A stretch of DNA of 64,000 nucleotides. It comes from Eledone cirrhosa (lineage: Eukaryota). The notes beneath the pieces were generated by a model. That model ran no database searches. It had not been told where the DNA came from and saw only the letters and a list, made by a program, of their open reading frames with translations. Made by a program: the position numbers and the translations under genes. This document shows, piece by piece, positions 13,043-28,492 of this stretch (position 1 is its first letter; each line of letters starts with the position of its first letter). Location of the stretch: the NCBI GenBank assembly GCA_964016885.1, contig OZ024754.1:21328001-21392000 (forward strand), in the 5' to 3' direction.

Positions 13043-14444
13043 TTAAACACAGTTTTAATAAATTGTCTAGCTGTTAAGTATATACTATATTAACTACAGT
13101 TTTAATAAATTGTCTAAATGTTAAGTATATACTATATTAACTACAGTTTTAATAAATTGTCTAGATGTTAAGTATATACTGTATTAACTACATTTTTAAT
13201 AAATTGTCTAGATGTTAAGTATATACTATATTAACTAGTTTTAATAAATTGTCTAGATGTTAAGTATATACTATATTAACTACAGTTTTAATAAATTGTC
13301 TCGATGTTAAGTATATACTATATTAACTACAGTTTTAATAAATTGTCTAGATGTTAAGTATATACTATATTAACTACAGTTTTAATAAATTGTCTAGATG
13401 TTAAGTATATACTATATTAACTAGTTTTAATAAATTGTCTAGATGTTAAGTATATACTATATTAACTACAGTTTTAATAAATTGTCTAGATGTTAAGTAT
13501 ATACTATATTAACTACAGTTTTAATAAATTGTCTAGATGTTAAGTATATACTATATTAACTACAGTTTTAATAAATTATCTAGATGTTAAGTATATACTA
13601 TATTAACTACAGTTTTAATAAATTGTCTAGATGTTAAGTATATACTATATTAACTACAGTTTTAATAAATTATCTAGATGTTAAGTATATACTATATTAA
13701 CTACAGTTTTAATAAATTGTCTAGATGTTAAGTATATCCTATATTAACTAGTTTTAATAAATTGTCTAGATGTTAAGTATATACTCTATTAACCACAGTT
13801 TTAATAAATTGTCTAGATGTTAAGTATATACTATATTAACTACAGTTTTAATAAATTGTCTAAATGTTAAGTATATACTATATTAACTACAGTTTAAATA
13901 AATTGTCTAGATGTTAAGTATATACTATATTAACTACAGTTTTAATAAATTGTCTAGATGTTAAGTATATACTATATTAACTCCAGTTTTAATAAATTGT
14001 CTAGATGTTAAGTATATACTATATTAACTACAGTTTTAATAAATTGTCTAGATGTTAAGTATATACTATATTAACTACAGTTTTAATAAATTGTCTTGAT
14101 GTTAAGTATATACTATATTAACTACAGTTTTAATAAATTGTCTAGATGTTAAGTATATACTATATTAACTACAGTTTTAATAAATTGTCTAGATGTTAAG
14201 TATATACTATATTAACTACAGTTTTAATAAATTGTCTAGATGTTAAGTATATACTATATTAACTACAGTTTTAATAAATTGTCTAGATGTTAAGTATATA
14301 CTATATTAACTACAGTTTTAATAAATTGTCTTGATGTTAAGTATATACTATATTAACTACAGTTTTAATAAATTGTCTAGATGTTAAGTATATACTATAT
14401 TAACTAGTTTTAATAAATTGTCTAGATGTTAAGTATATACTATA

Positions 14445-15324
14445 CTAGCAGTAAAGCCCGGCGTTGCTCGGGGTCGCTCAGTAGCTGTGTTAAAGTTACA
14501 ATGTTAAGTTTCTTTCTTGGCTTAAAAACTGTAGTGTCTTCTGTGCAGACTTGCATGTGGTGTTTTTGATTAATATTCCCTCAAACAACAATATGCCTTA
14601 TGAAGTTAAGAAAACATAACGATAACCCGAATGTTATAACAAAAGAGGATGCTGGGGATAGAAACTGCACTGGTTATTTATTAACAAAGATCGAAAATGT
14701 AAACACTGCAACGCAGAGAAAAACATTAACGTAACCAAATTATCAGTTATGTCTGTCTGCACGCCTATATCACCTCTCTGCACGACTGTCTGTCTGCACG
14801 CCTATATCACCTCTCTGCACGACTGTCTGTCTGCACGCGTATATCACCTCTCTGCACGACTGTCTGTCTGCACGACTGTCTGTGTCTGCACGCCTAACGA
14901 CGAAGTATTTGCTTGTTTTACGTAGTCTTTAAATAGACTTGTTTTCAAGTAAAAATATTGTTTTAAAATGCTTTTAAATGGAAATGAAGCAAAACGGAAG
15001 CTTAGTGTTCGAACTGATGAATTTTGCAGGTCAATATTTTGCTGGCTCGACAACTGTTAAAGCCAGCGTAATTTTTTACGTAAGACGCTCAATGTAAACA
15101 GAACAAAGGGAAATAACTGATAACTTACGCTCAAAAATCGATACATTATATTCGATTTCGTCACATAGGGTGGGTGAATTTGAAATATTTTTTTTTCCGA
15201 TGTCTTCGCTAGGGCTCAATGTACAAGTATAGCAATTTCGGTGCAATTCCGTGAGAGATTCTAAGAGGAGATGTGTGCCACAAATCGATAGACAGACAGA
15301 CAACCACAGTTTTATATATATAGA
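14445..15324 (-). mobile_element. Non-autonomous Helitron, copy 6 (A)
   Basis: Same termini and site. Confidence 0.9.
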
Positions 15325-16773
15325 TTAAACACAGTTTTAATAAATTGTCTAGCTGTTAAGTATATACTATATTAACTACAGTTTTAATAAATTGTCTAAA
15401 TGTTAAGTATATACTATATTAATTACAGTTTTAATAAATTGTCTAGATGTTAAGTATATACTATATTAACTACATTTTTAATAAATTGTCTAGATGTTAA
15501 GTATATACTATATTAACTACAGTTTTAATAAATTATCTAGATGTTAAGTATATACTATATTAACTAGTTTTAATAAATTGTCTAGATGTTAAGTATATAC
15601 TATATTAACTACAGTTTTAATAAATTGTCTCGATGTTAAGTATATACTATATTAACTACAGTTTTAATAAATTGTCTAGATGTTAAGTATATACTATATT
15701 AACTACAGTTTTAATAAATTGTCTAGATGTTAAGTATATACTATATTAACTAGTTTTAATAAATTGTCTAGATGTTAAGTATATACTATATTAACTACAG
15801 TTTTAATAAATTGTCTAGATGTTAAGTATATACTATATTAACTACAGTTTTAATAAATTGTCTAGATGTTAAGTATATACTATATTAACTACAGTTTTAA
15901 TAAATTATCTAGATGTTAAGTATATACTATATTAACTACAGTTTTAATAAATTGTCTAGATGTTAAGTATATACTATATTAACTACAGTTTTAATAAATT
16001 ATCTAGATGTTAAGTATATACTATATGAACTACAGTTTTAATAAATTGTCTAGATGTTAAGTATATCCTATATTAACTAGTTTTAATAAATTGTCTAGAT
16101 GTTAAGTATATACTCTATTAACCACAGTTTTAATAAATTGTCTAGATGTTAAGTATATACTATATTAACTACAGTTTTAATAAATTGTCTAAATGTTAAG
16201 TATATACTATATTAACTACAGTTTAAATAAATTGTCTAGATGTTAAGTATATACTATATTAACTACAGTTTTAATAAATTGTCTAGATGTTAAGTATATA
16301 CTATATTAACTCCAGTTTTAATAAATTGTCTAGATGTTAAGTATATACTATATTAACTACAGTTTTAATAAATTGTCTAGATGTTAAGTATATACTATAT
16401 TAACTACAGTTTTAATAAATTGTCTTGATGTTAAGTATATACTATATTAACTACAGTTTTAATAAATTGTCTAGATGTTAAGTATATACTATATTAACTA
16501 CAGTTTTAATAAATTGTCTAGATGTTAAGTATATACTATATTAACTACAGTTTTAATAAATTGTCTAGATGTTAAGTATATACTATATTAACTACAGTTT
16601 TAATAAATTGTCTAGATGTTAAGTATATACTATATTAACTACAGTTTTAATAAATTGTCTTGATGTTAAGTATATACTATATTAACTACAGTTTTAATAA
16701 ATTGTCTAGATGTTAAGTATATACTATATTAACTAGTTTTAATAAATTGTCTAGATGTTAAGTATATACTATA

Positions 16774-17653
16774 CTAGCAGTAAAGCCCGGCGTTGCTCGG
16801 GGTCGCTCAGTAGCTGTGTTAAAGTTACAATGTTAAGTTTCTTTCTTGGCTTAAAAACTGTAGTGTCTTCTGTGCAGACTTGCATGTGGTGTTTTTGATT
16901 AATATTCCCTCAAACAACAATATGCCTTATGAAGTTAAGAAAACATAACAATAACCCGAATGTTATAACAAAAGAAGATGCTGGGGATAGAAACTGCACT
17001 GGTTATTTATTAACAAAGATCGAAAATGTAAACACTGCAACGCAGAGAAAAACATTAACGTAACCAAATTATCAGTTATGTCTGTCTGCACGCCTATATC
17101 ACCTCTCTGCACGACTGTCTGTCTGCACGCCTATATCACCTCTCTGCACGACTGTCTGTCTGCACGCGTATATCACCTCTCTGCACGACTGTCTGTCTGC
17201 ACGACTGTCTGTGTCTGCACGCCTAACGACGAAGTATTTACTTGTTTTACGTAGTCTTTAAATAGACTTGTTTTCAAGTAAAAATATTGTTTTAAAATGC
17301 TTTTAAATGGAAATGAAGCAAAACGGAAGCTTAGTGTTCGAACTGATGAATTTTGCAGGTCAATATTTTGCTGGCTCGACAACTGTTAAAGCCAGCGTAA
17401 TTTTTTACGTAAGACGCTCAATGTAAACAGAACAAAGGGAAATAACTGATAACTTACGCTCAAAAATCGATACATTATATTCGATTTCGTCACATAGGGT
17501 GGGTGAATTTGAAATATTTTTTTTTCCGATGTCTTCGCTAGGGCTCAATGTACAAGTATAGCAATTTCGGTGCAATTCCGTGAGAGATTCTAAGAGGAGA
17601 TGTGTGCCACAAATCGATAGACAGACAGACAACCACAGTTTTATATATATAGA
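16774..17653 (-). mobile_element. Non-autonomous Helitron, copy 7 (A)
   Basis: Same termini and site; shares a private SNP with copy 3. Confidence 0.9.
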
Positions 17654-19102
17654 TTAAACACAGTTTTAATAAATTGTCTAGCTGTTAAGTATATACTATA
17701 TTAACTACAGTTTTAATAAATTGTCTAAATGTTAAGTATATACTATATTAATTACAGTTTTAATAAATTGTCTAGATGTTAAGTATATACTATATTAACT
17801 ACATTTTTAATAAATTGTCTAGATGTTAAGTATATACTATATTAACTACAGTTTTAATAAATTATCTAGATGTTAAGTATATACTATATTAACTAGTTTT
17901 AATAAATTGTCTAGATGTTAAGTATATACTATATTAACTACAGTTTTAATAAATTGTCTCGATGTTAAGTATATACTATATTAACTACAGTTTTAATAAA
18001 TTGTCTAGATGTTAAGTATATACTATATTAACTACAGTTTTAATAAATTGTCTAGATGTTAAGTATATACTATATTAACTAGTTTTAATAAATTGTCTAG
18101 ATGTTAAGTATATACTATATTAACTACAGTTTTAATAAATTGTCTAGATGTTAAGTATATACTATATTAACTACAGTTTTAATAAATTGTCTAGATGTTA
18201 AGTATATACTATATTAACTACAGTTTTAATAAATTATCTAGATGTTAAGTATATACTATATTAACTACAGTTTTAATAAATTGTCTAGATGTTAAGTATA
18301 TACTATATTAACTACAGTTTTAATAAATTATCTAGATGTTAAGTATATACTATATTAACTACAGTTTTAATAAATTGTCTAGATGTTAAGTATATCCTAT
18401 ATTAACTAGTTTTAATAAATTGTCTAGATGTTAAGTATATACTCTATTAACCACAGTTTTAATAAATTGTCTAGATGTTAAGTATATACTATATTAACTA
18501 CAGTTTTAATAAATTGTCTAAATGTTAAGTATATACTATATTAACTACAGTTTAAATAAATTGTCTAGATGTTAAGTATATACTATATTAACTACAGTTT
18601 TAATAAATTGTCTAGATGTTAAGTATATACTATATTAACTCCAGTTTTAATAAATTGTCTAGATGTTAAGTATATACTATATTAACTACAGTTTTAATAA
18701 ATTGTCTAGATGTTAAGTATATACTATATTAACTACAGTTTTAATAAATTGTCTTGATGTTAAGTATATACTATATTAACTACAGTTTTAATAAATTGTC
18801 TAGATGTTAAGTATATACTATATTAACTACAGTTTTAATAAATTGTCTAGATGTTAAGTATATACTATATTAACTACAGTTTTAATAAATTGTCTAGATG
18901 TTAAGTATATACTATATTAACTACAGTTTTAATAAATTGTCTAGATGTTAAGTATATACTATATTAACTACAGTTTTAATAAATTGTCTTGATGTTAAGT
19001 ATATACTATATTAACTACAGTTTTAATAAATTGTCTAGATGTTAAGTATATACTATATTAACTAGTTTTAATAAATTGTCTAGATGTTAAGTATATACTA
19101 TA

Positions 19103-19982
19103 CTAGCAGTAAAGCCCGGCGTTGCTCGGGGTCGCTCAGTAGCTGTGTTAAAGTTACAATGTTAAGTTTCTTTCTTGGCTTAAAAACTGTAGTGTCTTCT
19201 GTGCAGACTTGCATGTGGTGTTTTTGATTAATATTCCCTCAAACAACAATATGCCTTATGAAGTTAAGAAAACATAACAATAACCCGAATGTTATAACAA
19301 AAGAGGATGCTGGGGATAGAAACTGCACTGGTTATTTATTAACAAAGATCGAAAATGTAAACACTGCAACGCAGAGAAAAACATTAACGTAACCAAATTA
19401 TCAGTTATGTCTGTCTGCACGCCTATATCACCTCTCTGCACGACTGTCTGTCTGCACGCCTATATCACCTCTCTGCACGACTGTCTGTCTGCACGCGTAT
19501 ATCACCTCTCTGCACGACTGTCTGTCTGCACGACTGTCTGTGTCTGCACGCCTAACGACGAAGTATTTGCTTGTTTTACGTAGTCTTTAAATAGACTTGT
19601 TTTCAAGTAAAAATATTGTTTTAAAATGCTTTTAAATGGAAATGAAGCAAAACGGAAGCTTAGTGTTCGAACTGATGAATTTTGCAGGTCAATATTTTGC
19701 TGGCTCGACAACTGTTAAAGCCAGCGTAATTTTTTACGTAAGACGCTCAATGTAAACAGAACAAAGGGAAATAACTGATAACTTACGCTCAAAAATCGAT
19801 ACATTATATTCGATTTCGTCACATAGGGTGGGTGAATTTGAAATATTTTTTTTTCCGATGTCTTCGCTAGGGCTCAATGTACAAGTATAGCAATTTCGGT
19901 GCAATTCCGTGAGAGATTCTAAGAGGAGATGTGTGCCGAAAATCGATAGACAGACAGACAACCACAGTTTTATATATATAGA
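19103..19982 (-). mobile_element. Non-autonomous Helitron, copy 8 (A)
   Basis: Same termini and site; matches copy 4. Confidence 0.9.
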
Positions 19983-22175
19983 TTAAACACAGTTTTAATA
20001 AATTGTCTAGCTGTTAAGTATATACTATATTAACTACAGTTTTAATAAATTGTCTAAATGTTAAGTATATACTATATTAACTACAGTTTTAATAAATTGT
20101 CTAGATGTTAAGTATATACTATATTAACTACATTTTTAATAAATTGTCTAGATGTTAAGTATATACTATATTAACTACAGTTTTAATAAATTATCTAGAT
20201 GTTAAGTATATACTATATTAACTAGTTTTAATAAATTGTCTAGATGTTAAGTATATACTATATTAACTAGTTTTAATGAATTGTCTAGATATTAAGTATA
20301 TACTATATTAACTACAGTTTTAATAAATTGTCTAGATGTTAAGTATATACTATATTAACTACAGTTTTAATAAATTGTCTAGATGTTAAGTATATACTAT
20401 ATTAACTAGTTTTAATAAATTGTCTAGATGTTAAGTATATACTCTATTAACCAGTTTTAATAAATTGTCTAGATGTTAAGTATATACTATATTAACTACA
20501 GTTTTAATAAATTGTCTAAATGTTAAGTATATACTATATTAACTACAGTTTAAATAAATTGTCTAAATGTTAAGTATATACTATATTAACTACAGTTTTA
20601 ATAAATTGTCTAGATGTTAAGTATATACTATATTAACTACAGTTTTAATAAATTGTCTAGATGTTAAGTATATACTATATTAACTACAGTTTTAATAAAT
20701 TGTCTAATTGTTAAGTATATACTATATTAACTACAGTTTAAATAAATTATCTAGATGTTAAGTATATACTATATTAACTACAGTTTTAATAAATTGTCTA
20801 GATGTTAAGTATATACTATATTAACTCCAGTTTTAATAAATTGTCTAGATGTTAAGTATATACTATATTAACTACAGTTTTAATAAATTGTCTAGATGTT
20901 AAGTATATACTATATTAACTACAGTTTTAATAAATTGTCTAGATGTTAAGTATATACTATATTAACTAGTTTTAATAAATTGTCTAGATGTTAAGTATAT
21001 ACTATATTAACCACAGTTTTAATAAATTGTCTAGATGTTAAGTATATACTATATTAACTACAGTTTTAATAAATTGTCTAAATGTTAAGTATATACTATA
21101 TTAACTACAGTTTAAATAAATTGTCTAGATGTTAAGTATATACTATATTAACTACAGTTTTAATAAATTGTCTAGATGTTAAGTATATACTATATTAACT
21201 ACAGTTTTAATAAATTGTCTCGATGTTAAGTATATACTATATTAACTACAGTTTTAATAAATTGTCTAGATGTTAAGTATATACTATATTAACTACAGAT
21301 TTAATAAATTGTCTAGATGTTAAGTATATACTATATTAACTAGTTTTAATAAATTGTCTAGATGTTAAGTATATACTATATTAACTACAGTTTTAATAAA
21401 TTGTCTAGATGTTAAGTATATACTATATTAACTACAGTTTTAATAAATTGTCTAGATGTTAAGTATATACTATATTAACTACAGTTTTAATAAATTATCT
21501 AGATGTTAAGTATATACTATATTAACTACAGTTTTAATAAATTGTCTAGATGTTAAGTATATACTATATTAACTACAGTTTTAATAAATTATCTAGATGT
21601 TAAGTATATACTATATTAACTACAGTTTTAATAAATTGTCTAGATGTTAAGTATATCCTATATTAACTAGTTTTAATAAATTGTCTAGATGTTAAGTATA
21701 TACTCTATTAACCACAGTTTTAATAAATTGTCTAGATGTTAAGTATATACTATATTAACTCCAGTTTTAATAAATTGTCTAGATGTTAAGTATATACTAT
21801 ATTAACTACAGTTTTAATAAATTGTCTAGATGTTAAGTATATACTATATTAACTACAGTTTTAATAAATTGTCTTGATGTTAAGTATATACTATATTAAC
21901 TACAGTTTTAATAAATTGTCTAGATGTTAAGTATATACTATATTAACTACAGTTTTAATAAATTGTCTAGATGTTAAGTATATACTATATTAACTACAGT
22001 TTTAATAAATTGTCTAGATGTTAAGTATATACTATATTAACTACAGTTTTAATAAATTGTCTAGATGTTAAGTATATACTATATTAACTACAGTTTTAAT
22101 AAATTGTCTAGATGTTAAGTATATACTATATTAACTAGTTTTAATAAATTGTCTAGATGTTAAGTATATACTATA

Positions 22176-23053
22176 CTAGCAGTAAAGCCCGGCGTTGCTC
22201 GGGGTCGCTCAGTAGCTGTGTTAAAGTTACAATGTTAAGTTTCTTTCTTGGCTTAAAAACTGTAGTGTCTTCTGTACAGACTTGCATGTGGTGTTTTTGA
22301 TTAATATTCCCTCAAACAACAATATGCCTTATGAAGTTAAGAAAACATAACAATAACCCGAATGTTATAACAAAAGAGGATGCTGGGGATAGAAACTGCA
22401 CTGGTTATTTATTAACAAAGATCGAAAATGTAAACACTGCAACGCAGAGAAAAACATTAACGTAACCAAATTATCAGTTATGTCTGTCTGCACGCCTATA
22501 TCACCTCTCTGCACGACTGTCTGTCTGCACGCCTATATCACCTCTCTGCACGACTGTCTGTCTGCACGCGTATATCACCTCTCTGCACGACTGTCTGTCT
22601 GCACGACTGTCTGTCTGCACGCCTAACGACGAAATATTTGCTTGTTTTACGTAGTCTTTAAATAGACTTGTTTTCAAGTAAAAATATTGTTTTAAAATGC
22701 TTTTAAATGGAAATGAAGCAAAACGGAAGCTTAGTGTTCGAACTGATGAATTTTGCAGGTCAATATTTTGCTGGCTCGACAACTGTTAAAGCCAGCGTAA
22801 TTTTTTACGTAAGACGCTCAATGTAAACAGAACAAAGGGAAATAACTGATAACTTACGCTCAAAAATCGATACATTATATTCGATTTCGTCATATAGGGT
22901 GGGTGAATTTGAAATATTTTTTTTTCCGATGTCTTCGCTAGGGCTCAATGTACAAGTATAGCAATTTCGGTGCAATTCCGTGAGAGATTCTAAGAGGAGA
23001 TGTGTGCCACAAATCGATAGACAGACAGACAACCACAGTTTTATATATATAGA
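22176..23053 (-). mobile_element. Non-autonomous Helitron, copy 9 (A)
   Basis: Same termini and site; shares the CTGTACAG variant with copy 5. Confidence 0.9.
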
Positions 23054-24455
23054 TTAAACACAGTTTTAATAAATTGTCTAGCTGTTAAGTATATACTATA
23101 TTAACTACAGTTTTAATAAATTGTCTAAATGTTAAGTATATACTATATTAACTACAGTTTTAATAAATTGTCTAGATGTTAAGTATATACTGTATTAACT
23201 ACATTTTTAATAAATTGTCTAGATGTTAAGTATATACTATATTAACTAGTTTTAATAAATTGTCTAGATGTTAAGTATATACTATATTAACTACAGTTTT
23301 AATAAATTGTCTCGATGTTAAGTATATACTATATTAACTACAGTTTTAATAAATTGTCTAGATGTTAAGTATATACTATATTAACTACAGTTTTAATAAA
23401 TTGTCTAGATGTTAAGTATATACTATATTAACTAGTTTTAATAAATTGTCTAGATGTTAAGTATATACTATATTAACTACAGTTTTAATAAATTGTCTAG
23501 ATGTTAAGTATATACTATATTAACTACAGTTTTAATAAATTGTCTAGATGTTAAGTATATACTATATTAACTACAGTTTTAATAAATTATCTAGATGTTA
23601 AGTATATACTATATTAACTACAGTTTTAATAAATTGTCTAGATGTTAAGTATATACTATATTAACTACAGTTTTAATAAATTATCTAGATGTTAAGTATA
23701 TACTATATTAACTACAGTTTTAATAAATTGTCTAGATGTTAAGTATATCCTATATTAACTAGTTTTAATAAATTGTCTAGATGTTAAGTATATACTCTAT
23801 TAACCACAGTTTTAATAAATTGTCTAGATGTTAAGTATATACTATATTAACTACAGTTTTAATAAATTGTCTAAATGTTAAGTATATACTATATTAACTA
23901 CAGTTTAAATAAATTGTCTAGATGTTAAGTATATACTATATTAACTACAGTTTTAATAAATTGTCTAGATGTTAAGTATATACTATATTAACTCCAGTTT
24001 TAATAAATTGTCTAGATGTTAAGTATATACTATATTAACTACAGTTTTAATAAATTGTCTAGATGTTAAGTATATACTATATTAACTACAGTTTTAATAA
24101 ATTGTCTTGATGTTAAGTATATACTATATTAACTACAGTTTTAATAAATTGTCTAGATGTTAAGTATATACTATATTAACTACAGTTTTAATAAATTGTC
24201 TAGATGTTAAGTATATACTATATTAACTACAGTTTTAATAAATTGTCTAGATGTTAAGTATATACTATATTAACTACAGTTTTAATAAATTGTCTAGATG
24301 TTAAGTATATACTATATTAACTACAGTTTTAATAAATTGTCTTGATGTTAAGTATATACTATATTAACTACAGTTTTAATAAATTGTCTAGATGTTAAGT
24401 ATATACTATATTAACTAGTTTTAATAAATTGTCTAGATGTTAAGTATATACTATA

Positions 24456-25335
24456 CTAGCAGTAAAGCCCGGCGTTGCTCGGGGTCGCTCAGTAGCTGTG
24501 TTAAAGTTACAATGTTAAGTTTCTTTCTTGGCTTAAAAACTGTAGTGTCTTCTGTGCAGACTTGCATGTGGTGTTTTTGATGAATATTCCCTCAAACAAC
24601 AATATGCCTTATGAAGTTAAGAAAACATAACGATAACCCGAATGTTATAACAAAAGAGGATGCTGGGGATAGAAACTGCACTGGTTATTTATTAACAAAG
24701 ATCGAAAATGTAAACACTGCAACGCAGAGAAAAACATTAACGTAACCAAATTATCAGTTATGTCTGTCTGCACGCCTATATCACCTCTCTGCACGACTGT
24801 CTGTCTGCACGCCTATATCACCTCTCTGCACGACTGTCTGTCTGCACGCGTATATCACCTCTCTGCACGACTGTCTGTCTGCACGACTGTCTGTGTCTGC
24901 ACGCCTAACGACGAAGTATTTGCTTGTTTTACGTAGTCTTTAAATAGACTTGTTTTCAAGTAAAAATATTGTTTTAAAATGCTTTTAAATGGAAATGAAG
25001 CAAAACGGAAGCTTAGTGTTCGAACTGATGAATTTTGCAGGTCAATATTTTGCTGGCTCGACAACTGTTAAAGCCAGCGTAATTTTTTACGTAAGACGCT
25101 CAATGTAAACAGAACAAAGGGAAATAACTGATAACTTACGCTCAAAAATCGATACATTATATTCGATTTAGTCACATAGGGTGGGTGAATTTGAAATATT
25201 TTTCTTTCCGATGTCTTCGCTAGGGCTCAATGTACAAGTATAGCAATTTCGGTGCAATTCCGTGAGAGATTCTAAGAGGAGATGTGTGCCGAAAATCGAT
25301 AGACAGACAGACAACCACAGTTTTATATATATAGA
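24456..25335 (-). mobile_element. Non-autonomous Helitron, copy 10 (A)
   Basis: Same termini and site. Confidence 0.9.
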
Positions 25336-27577
25336 TTAAACACAGTTTTAATAAATTGTCTAGCTGTTAAGTATATACTATATTAACTACAGTTTTAATA
25401 AATTGTCTAAATGTTAAGTATATACTATATTAACTACAGTTTTAATAAATTGTCTAGATGTTAAGTATATACTGTATTAACTACATTTTTAATAAATTGT
25501 CTAGATGTTAAGTATATACTATATTAACTACAGTTTTAATAAATTATCTAGATGTTAAGTATATACTATATTAACTAGTTTTAATAAATTGTCTAGATGT
25601 TAAGTATATACTATATTAACTAGTTTTAATGAATTGTCTAGATATTAAGTATATACTATATTAACTACAGTTTTAATAAATTGTCTAGATGTTAAGTATA
25701 TACTATATTAACTACAGTTTTAATAAATTGTCTAGATGTTAAGTATATACTCTATTAACCAGTTTTAATAAATTGTCTAGATGTTAAGTATATACTATAT
25801 TAACTACAGTTTTAATAAATTGTCTAAATGTTAAGTATATACTATATTAACTACAGTTTAAATAAATTGTCTAGATGTTAAGTATATACTATATTAACTA
25901 CAGTTTTAATAAATTGTCTAGATGTTAAGTATATACTATATTAACTACAGTTTTAATAAATTGTCTAGATGTTAAGTATATACTATATTAACTACAGTTT
26001 TAATAAATTGTCTAATTGTTAAGTATATACTATATTAACTACAGTTTAAATAAATTATCTAGATGTTAAGTATATACTATATTAACTACAGTTTTAATAA
26101 ATTGTCTAGATGTTAAGTATATACTATATTAACTCCAGTTTTAATAAATTGTCTAGATGTTAAGTATATACTATATTAACTACAGTTTTAATAAATTGTC
26201 TAGATGTTAAGTATATACTATATTAACTACAGTTTTAATAAATTGTCTAGATGTTAAGTATATACTATATTAACTAGTTTTAATAAATTGTCTAGATGTT
26301 AAGTATATACTATATTAACCACAGTTTTAATAAATTGTCTAGATGTTAAGTATATACTATATTAACTACAGTTTTAATAAATTGTCTAAATGTTAAGTAT
26401 ATACTATATTAACTACAGTTTAAATAAATTGTCTAGATGTTAAGTATATACTATATTAACTACAGTTTTAATAAATTGTCTAGATGTTAAGTATATACTA
26501 TATTAACTACAGTTTTAATAAATTGTCTCGATGTTAAGTATATACTATATTAACTACAGTTTTAATAAATTGTCTACATGTTAAGTATATACTATATTAA
26601 CTACAGTTTTAATAAATTGTCTAGATGTTAAGTATATACTATATTAACTAGTTTTAATAAATTGTCTAGATGTTAAGTATATACTATATTAACTACAGTT
26701 TTAATAAATTGTCTAGATGTTAAGTATATACTATATTAACTACAGTTTTAATAAATTGTCTAGATGTTAAGTATATACTATATTAACTACAGTTTTAATA
26801 AATTATCTAGATGTTAAGTATATACTATATTAACTACAGTTTTAATAAATTGTCTAGATGTTAAGTATATACTATATTAACTACAGTTTTAATAAATTAT
26901 CTAGATGTTAAGTATATACTATATTAACTACAGTTTTAATAAATTGTCTAGATGTTAAGTATATCCTATATTAACTAGTTTTAATAAATTGTCTAGATGT
27001 TAAGTATATACTCTATTAACCACAGTTTTAATAAATTGTCTAGATGTTAAGTATATACTATATTAACTACAGTTTTAATAAATTGTCTAAATGTTAAGTA
27101 TATACTATATTAACTACAGTTTAAATAAATTGTCTAGATGTTAAGTATATACTATATTAACTACAGTTTTAATAAATTGTCTAGATGTTAAGTATATACT
27201 ATATTAACTCCAGTTTTAATAAATTGTCTAGATGTTAAGTATATACTATATTAACTACAGTTTTAATAAATTGTCTAGATGTTAAGTATATACTATATTA
27301 ACTACAGTTTTAATAAATTGTCTTGATGTTAAGTATATACTATATTAACTACAGTTTTAATAAATTGTCTAGATGTTAAGTATATACTATATTAACTACA
27401 GTTTTAATAAATTGTCTAGATGTTAAGTATATACTATATTAACTACAGTTTTAATAAATTGTCTAGATGTTAAGTATATACTATATTAACTACAGTTTTA
27501 ATAAATTGTCTAGATGTTAAGTATATACTATATTAACTAGTTTTAATAAATTGTCTAGATGTTAAGTATATACTATA

Positions 27578-28492
27578 CTAGCAGTAAAGCCCGGCGTTGC
27601 TCGGGGTCGCTCAGTAGCTGTGTTAAAGTTACAATGTTAAGTTTCTTTCTTGGCTTAAAAACTGTAGTGTCTTCTGTGCAGACTTGCATGTGGTGTTTTT
27701 GATTAATATTCCCTCAAACAACAATATGCCTTATGAAGTTAAGAAAACATAACAATAACCCGAATGTTATAACAAAAGAGGATGCTGGGGATAGAAACTG
27801 CACTGGTTATTTATTAACAAAGATCGAAAATGTAAACACTGCAACGCAGAGAAAAACATTAACGTAACCAAATTATCAGTTATGTCTGTCTGCACGCCTA
27901 TATCACCTCTCTGCACGACTGTCTGTCTGCACGCCTATATCACCTCTCTGCACGACTGTCTGTCTGCACGCCTATATCACCTCTCTGCACGACTGTCTGT
28001 CTGCACGCGTATATCACCTCTCTGCACGACTGTCTGTCTGCACGACTGTCTGTCTGCACGCCTAACGACGAAATATTTGCTTGTTTTACGTAGTCTTTAA
28101 ATAGACTTGTTTTCAAGTAAAAATATTGTTTTAAAATGCTTTTAAATGGAAATGAAGCAAAACGGAAGCTTAGTGTTCGAACTGATGAATTTTGCAGGTC
28201 AATATTTTGCTGGCTCGACAACTGTTAAAGCCAGCGTAATTTTTTACGTAAGACGCTCAATGTAAACAGAACAAAGGGAAATAACTGATAACTTACGCTC
28301 AAAAATCGATACATTATATTCGATTTCGTCACATAGGGTGGGTGAATTTGAAATATTTTTTTTTCCGATGTCTTCGCTAGGGCTCAATGTACAAGTATAG
28401 CAATTTCGGTGCAATTCCGTGAGAGATTCTAAGAGGAGATGTGTGCCACAAATCGATAGACAGACAGACAACCACAGTTTTATATATATAGA
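27578..28492 (-). mobile_element. Non-autonomous Helitron, copy 11 (A, 915 bp)
   Basis: Same termini and site; one extra 37-bp unit. Confidence 0.9.
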
